64,000 nucleotides of DNA, from NCBI GenBank assembly GCA_963665845.2, contig OY762492.1, forward strand, positions 3,424,001 through 3,488,000, given 5' to 3'. A program made the translations under genes and the position numbers. Below are positions 11,822-22,063 of this stretch, in pieces; within the stretch, counting starts at the first letter, position 1; each line of letters opens with the position of its first letter. This DNA is from Candidatus Poribacteria bacterium (lineage in GTDB: Bacteria; Poribacteria; WGA-4E; GCA-2687025). Below the pieces are notes generated by a model that was given only the letters and a program-made list of their open reading frames with translations, ran no database searches and had not been told where the DNA came from.

Positions 11822-13041
11822 AAAGCCAACTCGCATTGCATGGCGGCAAGCCTGTCCGAACGGCGGGATGGCCTCAATGGCCGCAGAACAGCCCAGAGCT
11901 ATGGGAGTCGAAGATCGAACCGGCGCTTCGGCAGGTGTATTTGAGCAGGTCGGAAGGTTTGCCGGGGACGCAGGCGAAGCGTTTTGGGCAGGCGTTCGCG
12001 GACTACTGCGGCGCGGCATACGGCGTTATGACCCCGCACGGCACCGACGCGCTCATGGCGGCGCTAACCGGCGCGCTGAACCTGGACGGGTTCGACAGCG
12101 GCGGCGAGATTATCTTGCCCAACTACACCTTCATCGCCACCGCCAGCGCGGCGCTGGATAGGCGTCTCTCGCTCTGTTTTGTGGATGTTGATCCAGATAC
12201 GTTCGCGCTTTGTCCAGAGGCGGCGGAGGCTGCCATCAACCCTGAACGGACGCGCGCCCTCCTGCCGGTTCACCTTGGCGGCCATCCCGCCGATATGGAC
12301 GCCATCAACCAGCTCGCTCAACGGCATGGGCTGAAGGTCGTTGAAGATTGCGCCCAGGCGCACGGCGCTGAAGTGAGCGGGCAAAAGGTCGGCTCGCTGG
12401 GAGACGCGGGCGCCTTCAGCTTTCAATCCTCCAAAAACTTGACCGCCGGCGAAGGCGGCATGGTCGTAACGAACGACGAAGCGATACGCAACCGCGTCGT
12501 CGCCTTTAAAGATGTCGGCAGGCATCCTGAAGGCGGGCGGTGGGAATATCCGCGCATCGGATGGAACTACCGCCCGTCCGAATACCTTGCCGCGCTGTTG
12601 AGCGTGCGGCTGGAGACGCTGGAGGCGGAGACGCGGCTTCGCAACGAGAACGCCGCCTATTTGACCCGTCAGCTGAACGATGCCGGCGGGTTGACGCCGC
12701 CTCATCTTGCGCCGTATGCGTCGGTTCACGGGTTCCATTTATATATGTGTCAATACGACGCGGACGCTTTCGGCGGACATAGCCGGGCGGAATTTTGCGC
12801 GGCTCTGCGGGCGGAGGGGGTTCCATGTTCGCCGGGATATACGGAGCCGCTGTCCGAATCGCCCGCGTTGAAACGTCTGCGGGAGCGCAGCCCCAATCTG
12901 ATACGGGTGGAGCCTTGCCCGAATGTTGAAAAAGCGGCGGCGGGAAGCGTCTGGCTGATGCAAAACATGCTTCTCGGCGAACGGAGCGATATGGACGACA
13001 TCGCCGAGGCGGTTGCAAAGATACGCAAAGCATACGCATAA
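11818..13041 (+). CDS. DegT/DnrJ/EryC1/StrS PLP-dependent aminotransferase
   Basis: YTFIATA, VEDCAQAHGA, FSFQSSKNLTAGEGG. Confidence 0.93.
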   Translation: MKSQLALHGGKPVRTAGWPQWPQNSPELWESKIEPALRQVYLSRSEGLPGTQAKRFGQAFADYCGAAYGVMTPHGTDALMAALTGALNLDGFDSGGEIILPNYTFIATASAALDRRLSLCFVDVDPDTFALCPEAAEAAINPERTRALLPVHLGGHPADMDAINQLAQRHGLKVVEDCAQAHGAEVSGQKVGSLGDAGAFSFQSSKNLTAGEGGMVVTNDEAIRNRVVAFKDVGRHPEGGRWEYPRIGWNYRPSEYLAALLSVRLETLEAETRLRNENAAYLTRQLNDAGGLTPPHLAPYASVHGFHLYMCQYDADAFGGHSRAEFCAALRAEGVPCSPGYTEPLSESPALKRLRERSPNLIRVEPCPNVEKAAAGSVWLMQNMLLGERSDMDDIAEAVAKIRKAYA

Positions 13042-13072
13042 GCGGTAAACGATTTAAATAAGGAGAGACGCA

Positions 13073-16000
13073 ATGAAACGATTCATCATAGCAGGGGCGG
13101 TCTTCGCATGGGTCTGTTTAGAGGCATGGGGCGCGGCGCTCCAGATAGACGGGACGGCGCTGCTGCGCAGTCAGCATAGGGACCTGATACCGGCGGCGGA
13201 TTCGGCGCCTCAAGACGCGCCTGTCCGTCAGGTCGGCTCTCAATTGTTGTTTTACGCCTACGATTTTCCGCAGGCGCTCCACTACCAGGTACCGTCAACG
13301 CTGCGCGCCGTCGGCGACCACTGCTATGTGTATGTGGAGGACAGCGAGTGGGACGAGGGGCGCGTGTCGCAGGCGGACGCGGACGCCGCGTTGAGCGCGT
13401 TTGAAAAGCGAACCCCCTCCGACGCGGCGCGCGGCGCGTATCAGATACTCACCGAGGCGTTCGGCTCCCCGCCGGACATTGACGGCGAGCCGCGCATCGT
13501 CTTGCTGCTGCTGGATATACGGGACTGGCATACCGGCCCGGGCAGCGGCTATATTTCAGGTTACTTTTCCTCGCTCAACCAGACGCGGCAGCCGGACAGC
13601 AACGAAACGGAGATGCTGTATATCGACGCAAATCCGCAGGATCTAAGCGATCCCGAATCGTTCGCCAACGCGGCGCATGAATTTCAGCACCTGCTGCATA
13701 CCGCAAGGGACTGGGACGAGGAGCATTGGCTCAACGAAGGCATGTCGGGGCTGGCGGAGGCGCTGTGCGGGTACGACATCTCTTTGCATATCAACGCTTT
13801 TCAGAACGACCCGTCCGGCTCCTTGACCAGCTGGCCGGAGAACGCGGCGCGGCTGGCGGACTACGGGCGGGCGTATCTCTGGACGCTGTATCTGTACGAG
13901 CGTTACGGCGGCATTGCGACGATACAGGAGATTGTGCGCAACCCGAAGAACGGGATGCCGACCGTGGACGCGGCGCTGCGCAATTTGGGCGTTCAGGCAA
14001 CCGCTTCCAACGTGTATCTGGACTGGATCGCGGCGCTGGCGGCGGACGACAGCCGCCATGAAGACGGGCGGTATTCGATACAGATTGCCGATATAAAAGC
14101 GTCGCCGACCCGCGCGCATTTTCAGTACCCGACCGATGAAACGAGCGGCGTACTGCAGGGATGGGAGGCGCAGCACCTTGAGTTTCATCCGCCGGCGGAC
14201 GGGGCGGGCAGCTTGCTCATCGAAATCGACGCGCCGATGGATCTGAAGGCGCGCGCGCTGCTGTTTGACGGCGGGCGCCTGGCTGATGTGCGGAATATCG
14301 ACATGATCAACGGCTTTGGAGAGGCGTACGACCGCGTCGTCGTCGCTCTCGGTTACCATCCGCAGTCTGAACAGGAGTCGGAGACGGTCTCATACGCTTA
14401 TTCGGCGCGCGTCTCAGTAACGGACGAGGATCGCCCGACCGTCACGATCACAGGTCCGACAGCGGTGCAGCGCGGCGCGTTTCAGATCGATATTGCGTTC
14501 AACGAGGATGTGGTCGGTTTTGAACGGAGCGATCTGGCCGTTGTGAACGGTACCGCGGTCGGCTTTTCAGGCGCGCGCGATACGTACCGCGCATCGATCG
14601 ACCCGATCGGCTCCGGAGAGGTTCAGGTGAGCGTCCCTGAAAACGCCGCGCATGATCTTGCCGGAAACGGAAACACAGCCTCCAACGTTTTTTCGGTTGA
14701 GGCGCGTAAAGTCGCTCAACTGCTGATCGTCGCGGGCGTCCTCCAAAACAGCGACGGAACGCCGGCGCCAGGGCTAAAGGTCTCCTTTCAAAACGTTACG
14801 ACGCAGGCTGACGCGGTTTTTGCGCCGGATCCAACCGACGCGCAGGGGCGTTATTCGCTCACGTTGTTCCATCTGAACGGAGTCGTCGAATCGGGTCAAA
14901 CCATCGCCGCCCGCGCCTATGCAGATGTGAACGGAACGCAAACCCTAGTCGGAGAGGTTGAGCGCGTCATAACGGACGCGGATATTGACGCGGCGTCTAT
15001 TCAAGTGAACATACAGGTCAACATTCCGAAGCCGCGCCTTCCCGCCTTTGTATTGAGCGGAGTTGCCGCCGACATGGACGGATCGCCCGCAGAGGGCGTC
15101 ACGGTCGAAGGCGTAAACTCAACGACCGTATCAGACGCATTCACCGCGGGCCCGACAGACGCGTCAGGCGCCTATACGCTCACCTTTTTTGATCCGAACG
15201 GCATTGTCGGCGCCGGCGAAACGTTAACCGTACGCGCCTATGCGGATGTGAACGGGACGAAAACGCTGGTCGGCGAAGCGTCCCATGTCATAACGGAAGA
15301 GGAGATCGACGCGGCGGCTGCCCAGCTGAACATACAGGTCGACATCCCGGCGCCGCGCCCCCCCGCCTTTGTGTTGAGCGGAGTCGTCTCGGATATGGAC
15401 GGCTCGCCCGCGGAGGGCGTCACAATAGAAGGCGAAAACGCATCCACCAAATCGGACGTCTTCGCCGCCAATCCAACAGACGCGGCAGGCGCCTATACGC
15501 TGACATTTTCTGATGAAAACGGCGTTGTCGGCGCCGGCGAAACGTTAACCGTCCGCGCCTACGCGGATGTGAACGGGACGAAAACGCTGGTCGGCGAGGC
15601 GTCCCATGTCGTCACGGAGGAGGAGATCGACGCGGCCGCGGCGCAATTAAACATACAGGTTGACATCCCGGCGCCGCGCCCTCCTTCGTTTGTGTTGAGC
15701 GGCGTTGTGTCGGACATGGACGAATCGCCGGCGGAGGGCGTCATGATGGAAGGCGAAAACGCATCGACCAAATCGGACGTCTTCGCCGCCAGTCCGACAG
15801 ACGCATCGGGCGCCTATACGCTGACCTTATCTGATGAGAACGGCGTTGTCGGCGCCGGCGAAACGTTAACCGTCCGCGCCTATGCGGATGTGAACGGAAC
15901 GAAAACGCTGGTCGGCGAAGCGTCCCATGTCATAACGGAAGAGGAGATCGACGCGGCGGCTGCCCAGCTGAACATACAGGTCGACATCCCGGCGCCGCGC

Positions 16001-18760
16001 CCCCCCGCCTTTGTGTTGAGCGGAGTCGTCTCGAATATGGACGAATCGCCCGCGGAGGGCGTCACGATAGAAGGCGAAAACGCCACGACCAAATCGGATA
16101 CCTTCGCCGCCAATCCGACAGACGCGGCAGGCGCCTATACGCTCACCTTATCGGATGAAAACGGCGTTGTCGGCGCCGGCGAAACGTTAACCGTACGCGC
16201 CTATGCGGATGTGAACGGAACGAAAACGCTGGTCGGCGAAGCGTCCCATGTCATAACGGAAGAGGAGATCGACGCGGCGGCTGCCCAGCTGAACATACAG
16301 GTCGACATCCCAGCGCCACGCCCCCCCGCCTTTGTGTTGAGCGGAATCGTCTCGAATATGGACGAATCGCCCGCGGAGGGCGTCACGGTGGAGGGCATAA
16401 ACGAAACGACCAATTCAGTCACCTTTACTGCAGCCAATCCGACAGACGCATCGGGCAATTATGCGTTGACCTTATCGGATGAAAACGGCGTTGTCGGAGC
16501 CGGCGAAACGTTAGCCGTGCGCGCCTATGCGGATGTGAACGGGACGAAAACGCTGGTCGGCGAAGCGTCCCATGTCGTCACAGAAGAGGAGATCGACGCC
16601 GCGGCTGCAGAACTAAACATACAGGTTGACATTCCAGCGCCGCGCCCTCCCTCGTTTGTGTTGAGCGGCGTTGTGTCGGACATGGACGGATCGCCCGCGG
16701 CGGGCGTCACGGTCGAAGGCGAAAATGAAACGACCAAATCGGACACTTTCGCCGCTAATCCGACAGACGCGGCAGGCGCCTATACGCTCACCCTATCTGA
16801 TGAAAACGGCGTTGTCGGCGCCGGCGAAACGCTCGCTGTACGCGCCTATGCGGATGTGAACGGAACAAAAACGCTGGTCGGCGAAGCGTCGCATGTTGTC
16901 ACGGAAGAGGAGATCGACGCGGCGGCTGCGCAGCTGAACATACAGGTTGATATACCGAAGCCGCCCGCGGACTTTGCATTGAGCGGCGCCGCGTTCACGT
17001 TGGACGGAATTCCCGCGCCGGGCTTTCATATCACAGCGCAAAACGCGACCGCTCAAACGGAGGAGTTTGAAGCGGACGCCCCGACCGACGCGGCGGGAAT
17101 GTATGCCGCCGCGTTGACCGGGACGGCTGTTGAGGCGGGCGACGCCCTGATTGTCCGCGCGTATGAGATCGTTGACGGGGAGCGGACGCTTGCCGCCGAG
17201 CGGACGCATACCGCAACGCAGGCGGAGGCGGAAACGTCCAAGGCGTCGGTCGACCTGACGATCCAGCGGCTGGCGCATGGCGGCGCCGTGTTATCGACCG
17301 CCTTTTCGCCGGACGGGCGCCTGTTTGCGACCGGCGGAGCCGACCGGACGCCCCGAATCTGGCAGGTTCAACCGCGCCGTCTGCTGCTGTCGCTGACGGG
17401 TCATACGGGAAGCGCCGCCGCGGTCGCCTTTTCGCCGGACGGGCAGACGCTTGTCAGCGGATCGTACGACGGCTCCGCGCGGATATGGGATGTCCAAACA
17501 GGCGCGCTTGTCAGAGAGCTGCAGGGGCATACGGATCGGGTGTACGCCGCCGCCTTCTCGCCGGACGGTCAAACGCTCGCGACCGGCTCCGCCGACCGTA
17601 CCATCAAGCTGTGGCGCGCGTCAGACGGAAAACTGATGAAAACGATGACCGCCCATGCCGGCGCCGTCTTGGCGGTCGCCTTCTCGCCGGACGGACAGAC
17701 GATCGCGTCCGGCAGCGCCGACCGTACGCTCAAAGTATGGAGCGGCGGCGGACAGCTGATCTACTCTCAAAAGAGGCATGGGCGCGCTGTACGCTCCGCC
17801 GCCTTTTCGCCGGACGGACAGACGATCGCGACCGGCAGCAGCGATGAAACGATTCGCTTCTGGAACGCCGCGGACGGGCGGCATCTTTTGACCGTCGGAG
17901 GCGGCGGAACGGGGCTTGTCCATTCGGTCGCCTTTTCGCCGGACGGACAGACGCTCGCCAGCGCGCATCATGACGGCAGCGTCTGGCTCTGGGCGGCGGG
18001 GAACGGACGGCGCAAGCGCCTCTTGGAGGGGCATACGGGAACCGTCTACACGCTCGCCTTTTCGCCGGACGGGCAGACGCTGTTGAGCGGATCGCGCGAC
18101 CGAACCTTCCGCTTCTGGCATACGCCGCCGCCACGCGTTGATGTGAACGGCGACGGCGCCGTCGACTTTGCGGACCTGGCGCTCGCCGCCGCGCAATACG
18201 GGCAGACGGAGAACATCACAGCCGATGTGAACGGCGACGGCGTCGTCGACATTCTGGACATCCTGCTCATTGCGGACGCGATCGATCAAGCGGCGGGATG
18301 GCTTGCCGCGCCGCCTGCGCATGCGTCCGCCGCGTTTTCGTCGGCGTATGAAGGCGAGGCGGCGCGCTGGTTTGCGGACGCGGAGCGGCTTGTTGTGAAA
18401 GGGTCGGCGACGCGGCGCGGAGAGGCGGCGCTGCGCAGTTTATGGGCGCATGCGGTCTCGCTGCCGGCGCGTTCATCGCTTCTGCCGAATTATCCGAACC
18501 CGTTCAACCCTGAAACCTGGATTCCGTTTGAGCTGTCGGAGGCATCCCATGTGCGCTTGACGATCTACAGCGCGGACGGGGCGGTCGCGCGGGAGATGGA
18601 TCTGGGAGAGCTGCCTGCAGGCGCATACCGCAGCAAGGCAAAAGCCGCCTACTGGGACGGGCGCAACAACCTCGGAGAACGCGCCGCCAGCGGAACCTAT
18701 TTTGTCCGCATTGAGGCGGGCGGATACACGGCTCTGCGGCGCATGGTTTTGTTGAAATGA
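13073..18760 (+). CDS. Giant secreted protein: zinc metallopeptidase (M30-like), Ig-like domain, ~8 x 107-aa repeats, WD40 propeller, dockerin-like domain, FlgD/T9SS-like C-terminal domain
   Basis: Signal peptide; AHEFQHLLH...WLNEGMS; 321-bp tandem repeats; 7 WD40 units; DVNGDGAVDFADL and [13 protein letters not shown]; [17 protein letters not shown]...RRMVLLK. Confidence 0.88.
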   Translation: MKRFIIAGAVFAWVCLEAWGAALQIDGTALLRSQHRDLIPAADSAPQDAPVRQVGSQLLFYAYDFPQALHYQVPSTLRAVGDHCYVYVEDSEWDEGRVSQADADAALSAFEKRTPSDAARGAYQILTEAFGSPPDIDGEPRIVLLLLDIRDWHTGPGSGYISGYFSSLNQTRQPDSNETEMLYIDANPQDLSDPESFANAAHEFQHLLHTARDWDEEHWLNEGMSGLAEALCGYDISLHINAFQNDPSGSLTSWPENAARLADYGRAYLWTLYLYERYGGIATIQEIVRNPKNGMPTVDAALRNLGVQATASNVYLDWIAALAADDSRHEDGRYSIQIADIKASPTRAHFQYPTDETSGVLQGWEAQHLEFHPPADGAGSLLIEIDAPMDLKARALLFDGGRLADVRNIDMINGFGEAYDRVVVALGYHPQSEQESETVSYAYSARVSVTDEDRPTVTITGPTAVQRGAFQIDIAFNEDVVGFERSDLAVVNGTAVGFSGARDTYRASIDPIGSGEVQVSVPENAAHDLAGNGNTASNVFSVEARKVAQLLIVAGVLQNSDGTPAPGLKVSFQNVTTQADAVFAPDPTDAQGRYSLTLFHLNGVVESGQTIAARAYADVNGTQTLVGEVERVITDADIDAASIQVNIQVNIPKPRLPAFVLSGVAADMDGSPAEGVTVEGVNSTTVSDAFTAGPTDASGAYTLTFFDPNGIVGAGETLTVRAYADVNGTKTLVGEASHVITEEEIDAAAAQLNIQVDIPAPRPPAFVLSGVVSDMDGSPAEGVTIEGENASTKSDVFAANPTDAAGAYTLTFSDENGVVGAGETLTVRAYADVNGTKTLVGEASHVVTEEEIDAAAAQLNIQVDIPAPRPPSFVLSGVVSDMDESPAEGVMMEGENASTKSDVFAASPTDASGAYTLTLSDENGVVGAGETLTVRAYADVNGTKTLVGEASHVITEEEIDAAAAQLNIQVDIPAPRPPAFVLSGVVSNMDESPAEGVTIEGENATTKSDTFAANPTDAAGAYTLTLSDENGVVGAGETLTVRAYADVNGTKTLVGEASHVITEEEIDAAAAQLNIQVDIPAPRPPAFVLSGIVSNMDESPAEGVTVEGINETTNSVTFTAANPTDASGNYALTLSDENGVVGAGETLAVRAYADVNGTKTLVGEASHVVTEEEIDAAAAELNIQVDIPAPRPPSFVLSGVVSDMDGSPAAGVTVEGENETTKSDTFAANPTDAAGAYTLTLSDENGVVGAGETLAVRAYADVNGTKTLVGEASHVVTEEEIDAAAAQLNIQVDIPKPPADFALSGAAFTLDGIPAPGFHITAQNATAQTEEFEADAPTDAAGMYAAALTGTAVEAGDALIVRAYEIVDGERTLAAERTHTATQAEAETSKASVDLTIQRLAHGGAVLSTAFSPDGRLFATGGADRTPRIWQVQPRRLLLSLTGHTGSAAAVAFSPDGQTLVSGSYDGSARIWDVQTGALVRELQGHTDRVYAAAFSPDGQTLATGSADRTIKLWRASDGKLMKTMTAHAGAVLAVAFSPDGQTIASGSADRTLKVWSGGGQLIYSQKRHGRAVRSAAFSPDGQTIATGSSDETIRFWNAADGRHLLTVGGGGTGLVHSVAFSPDGQTLASAHHDGSVWLWAAGNGRRKRLLEGHTGTVYTLAFSPDGQTLLSGSRDRTFRFWHTPPPRVDVNGDGAVDFADLALAAAQYGQTENITADVNGDGVVDILDILLIADAIDQAAGWLAAPPAHASAAFSSAYEGEAARWFADAERLVVKGSATRRGEAALRSLWAHAVSLPARSSLLPNYPNPFNPETWIPFELSEASHVRLTIYSADGAVAREMDLGELPAGAYRSKAKAAYWDGRNNLGERAASGTYFVRIEAGGYTALRRMVLLK
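14715..17270 (+). repeat. Intragenic tandem repeat, ~321-bp unit, about 6 near-identical plus 2 diverged copies
   Basis: FVLSGVVSDMD...RAYADVNGTKTLVGEASHV...LNIQVDIPAPRPP recurs at about 15047, 15368, 15689, 16010, 16331 and 16655. Confidence 0.95.
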
Positions 18761-18803
18761 GAGAAATTTGAGTTGGCATGTGGAAAAGCTGCTGTCCCCC
18801 GCT

Positions 18804-18984
18804 GTCATTCCCGCGTAAGCGGGAATCCAGAGGCGCCGCAGAAACCGTCCGCGTTCATCCAGGATCGTCATTCCCGCGTAAGCGGGAATCCAGAGGCGCG
18901 GCAGAGACCGTCCGCGTTCATCCAGGATCGTCATTCCCGCGTAAGCGGGAATCCAGAGGCGTCGCAGACGGCGTCCGCGTTCGC
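18804..18984. repeat. Three tandem 63-bp REP-like units with an ATTCCC-N8-GGGAAT core
   Basis: gtcattcccgcgtaagcgggaatccagaggcg with cores at 18807, 18870 and 18933; linkers nearly identical. Confidence 0.95.
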
Positions 18985-19048
18985 ATTTAAGGTTGACGTT
19001 CGCTGTCGGGCATGCTAAATTCTCTAGCGTATTGATTGGAGCGGCGAT

Positions 19049-20347
19049 ATGAATGAGAAAAAGCCTATTACGAGCCTGGCCGAGTTTCTGAAGTGGGCAG
19101 AGCAGTTCGAAGACGGTCAGTATCTGTTCCGCGGACTTCCGAAGGAGAGTTGGCCAAATCAAGAGTCCGCCTATCGTCGTCTGCCTAAATATCAGCGCGA
19201 CAATCTAGAACTTCTCCTCGAAGTCAATAAGGATTTAATCAACAAGGCGCGTCTCCGAGGACACGACCGAAAAGATGGAAACCGTCTTTCGGATCTGGAG
19301 CTGCTAGCGGAACTTCAGCATTTCCGCGCAGCTACCTGCCTAATTGATTATACGCGCAACGCTCTTGTGGCGCTTTGGTTTGCATGTAAGCAGATTGATA
19401 TTGAGGACACGGAGGAAAATGCTAAAAGTAACGAATCAACGCAAAAAAATAAGGAACCGAAAGGAAAGGTTTACGCAGTACGCATTGACGACCCGGCGCG
19501 CTTTAAAACAATTAATTCTGAATCGATAGGAAATGATCTTGATTATTTCTATAAACTTGAGAACAGCGGCGAATCGTCGCTAAAATTATACCTTTGGGAA
19601 CCGAAATTTCAAAATAACCGCATCGTTGCGCAAAATTCTGTTTTCATACTCGGCGCCGCTGACATTAAACATGACGAAACATGTATTGTCGACTCAAGCA
19701 GCAAGGAAAGTATAACGAAACAGTTAGATAAATTATTTGGCATAAATGAAGCGAGTTTATTCCCAGATTTTGATGGGTTTGCGCGTCTGCATTCTCAGCG
19801 TAATCCGTATGTTGAGCTTGATGCTCCGGGCTATCTGCAACGAGGTATGGACGCGCATTTAGCAGGCAATTTGGACGACGCAATTGATAACTATACGGAA
19901 ACGATTAAACTGAAGCCAAACGAAGCCAAACCCTATGTCTATCGCGGCTTGGCTCACGCTAAAAACGACGATTTCGACGACGCCATCAGGGATTATACCA
20001 AAGCGATTGAACTGGAGCCAAACAATGCCATGGTCTATAGCGATCGCGGCCGGGCTTACGCCAGAAACGGCGATCTTGACACCGCCATCAAAGATCTTGG
20101 CAAAGCGATTGAACTGAAACCATATGATGTCGGGTTCTATATAAGCCGCGGCCGGGCTCACGCCAGAAACGGCGATCTTGACACCGCCATCAAAGATTTT
20201 GATCAAGCGATTGAACTGGAACCAAACAATGCCATAGTCTACAGCGATCGCGGCCAGGCTTACGCCGGAAAAGGCGAGCATGAAAAAGCCAGACAAGACC
20301 GCGAAAAAGCGACGGAACTTGAGCTGGCTAGCAGAGGGGAATCTTAG
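19049..20347 (+). CDS. FRG-domain protein with C-terminal TPR repeats
   Basis: YLFRG...LAELQHFRAATCLIDYTRNALVALWFAC...NRIVAQNSVF...LFPDFDG; about 5 TPRs; AT-rich. Confidence 0.9.
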   Translation: MNEKKPITSLAEFLKWAEQFEDGQYLFRGLPKESWPNQESAYRRLPKYQRDNLELLLEVNKDLINKARLRGHDRKDGNRLSDLELLAELQHFRAATCLIDYTRNALVALWFACKQIDIEDTEENAKSNESTQKNKEPKGKVYAVRIDDPARFKTINSESIGNDLDYFYKLENSGESSLKLYLWEPKFQNNRIVAQNSVFILGAADIKHDETCIVDSSSKESITKQLDKLFGINEASLFPDFDGFARLHSQRNPYVELDAPGYLQRGMDAHLAGNLDDAIDNYTETIKLKPNEAKPYVYRGLAHAKNDDFDDAIRDYTKAIELEPNNAMVYSDRGRAYARNGDLDTAIKDLGKAIELKPYDVGFYISRGRAHARNGDLDTAIKDFDQAIELEPNNAIVYSDRGQAYAGKGEHEKARQDREKATELELASRGES

Positions 20348-20372
20348 AAACCCCGAAAGGAAAGGCGGAACA

Positions 20373-21776
20373 ATGGCGCAAGACTTCAACCCCAACACCC
20401 TCTACTACGGCGACTGCCTAGACTGGATGCGCGAATGGGAATCGGACTGCGTTGACCTGATTTACCTTGATCCGCCGTTCAATTCCAACGCGAATTACAA
20501 CGTCCTCTTCAGCGATAAAGGCGACGGAAAAGCGCAATACCGCGCCTTCAACGACACATGGAGCTGGGACGCCGCCGCCGCCGAACGGTATCGGCAGTTT
20601 GAAAACGCGCCCGCGCGTCCGGCGCATGACGCCATCGTCGGGCTGCGCCGCATACTCGGCCGCTCCGGAATGCTGGCGTACTTGACCTACATGGCGGAGC
20701 GTCTAGAGGAGATGCGCCGCATGCTAAAACCGACCGGCTCCATCTACCTCCATTGCGACCCGACCGCCAGCCACTATCTTAAAATCGTCATGGACGCTGT
20801 CTTCGGCAAGGAGAATTTTAGAAACGAGATCGTCTGGGCATACCGCACAGGGGGCGTGAGCAAAGCTTGGTTTGGCAGAAAACATGACATCATCCTCTTC
20901 TATACGAAGTCGCCCAAACGAGAGCATGTCTTCAACCTAAAGAAAGAACGCTCCTATAATCGAGACTTCAAGCCGTATAAATTCAAGGGCGTTTCGGAAT
21001 ATCAAGATGAAGAAGGCAAATGGTACACCATGGCGGCAATGCGCGATGTTTGGGAAATCAACGCGGTTGGCAGATCGTCAGGCGAGCGACTCGGCTATCC
21101 GACGCAGAAACCGCTGGCGCTGCTGGAGCGCATTATTGAGGCGTCGTCCAACGAAGGCGATATTGTGCTGGATCCGTTTTGCGGCTGCGGCACAGCGGTG
21201 GAAGCGGCGCGCCGTCTCAACCGCCGCTGGGCGGGGGTCGACATCAGCTCCTTCGCGATTGATCTTGTTCGGCAGCGTCTGCAGGACGAGTCGATTCCGG
21301 TCAAAGGCATTCCCGCCGATCTGGAGTCGGCGCGTAAGTTGGCGCGCGAGAAGCCGTTTGAGTTTGAATCCTGGGCGGTGACGCGCCTCCCTGGTTTCGC
21401 GCCGAACACGAAGCAGGTGGCGGACGGCGGCGTGGACGGTCGCGGCATGCTGTATGACGAGCCGGACGATTGGGACTCGCGTCTCGCTCTTGCGCAGGTG
21501 AAGGGCGGTAAGTTCACCGCCGGCGCGCTGCGCGACTTTATCGGCGTCATCAACAGCGACGAGGCGGCGATCGGACGTTTCATCACGTTGGATCCTGTCG
21601 GGTCGGCGGACGCAAAATCGCGCGCCGTGGAGCAGGGTACGATCGTCGTTCGCGGTCAAACGTATCGGCGGCTGCTTCTCTGGTCGATGGACGATTATTT
21701 CAACAACCGCCCCTGCCCCCTCCCGCCGATGACGAATCCCTATACGGGCAAGCGGATGCAGCAGGGGCTGTTTTAG
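20373..21776 (+). CDS. Beta-class adenine DNA methyltransferase fused to a C-terminal Mrr-like endonuclease domain
   Basis: LIYLDPPFNSN, GYPTQKPLALLERII, VLDPFCGCGT; C-terminal ADGGVDGRG...AQVKGG (D-x-QxK). Confidence 0.85.
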   Translation: MAQDFNPNTLYYGDCLDWMREWESDCVDLIYLDPPFNSNANYNVLFSDKGDGKAQYRAFNDTWSWDAAAAERYRQFENAPARPAHDAIVGLRRILGRSGMLAYLTYMAERLEEMRRMLKPTGSIYLHCDPTASHYLKIVMDAVFGKENFRNEIVWAYRTGGVSKAWFGRKHDIILFYTKSPKREHVFNLKKERSYNRDFKPYKFKGVSEYQDEEGKWYTMAAMRDVWEINAVGRSSGERLGYPTQKPLALLERIIEASSNEGDIVLDPFCGCGTAVEAARRLNRRWAGVDISSFAIDLVRQRLQDESIPVKGIPADLESARKLAREKPFEFESWAVTRLPGFAPNTKQVADGGVDGRGMLYDEPDDWDSRLALAQVKGGKFTAGALRDFIGVINSDEAAIGRFITLDPVGSADAKSRAVEQGTIVVRGQTYRRLLLWSMDDYFNNRPCPLPPMTNPYTGKRMQQGLF

Positions 21777-21787
21777 CCGCGTCCGAT

Positions 21788-21986
21788 TCCCCCTTGAAAA
21801 GGGGCCCGACTCGTTCCTCTTGAAAAGGGGCCCGACTCGTTCCCCCTTGAAAAGGGGGGCTAGGGGGGTTTTCGGCGCCTTAAGATTCCCGCACGTTTTA
21901 CCGCAAGGGCGGGAATGCATGTCCTCGCGGAAGCGGGGAACGACAAGCGGCGCCAACGCTTTAAGGTCAAAATGAAGTTCATCGCG
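21788..21986. repeat. Modular repeat: 3 x CCCCTTGAAAAGGGG hairpin, an ATTCCC..GGGAAT variant and a MITE end segment
   Basis: Three cttgaaaagggg units at 21788-21870; 21950-21986 approximates the reverse complement of 30759-30792. Confidence 0.85.
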
Positions 21987-22063
21987 GAAATTTGACTTCC
22001 GGGCGCGTTCGGAGTATCGTTACTCAATGCCCATTTCCAGCGGCAGAATATGGAGAATGCGAT

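Noticed and set aside
18804-18984. Possible CRISPR array (three palindromic repeats, 63-bp period)
   Set aside because: The spacers are nearly identical, the same repeat is dispersed singly across the window, and no cas genes are present.
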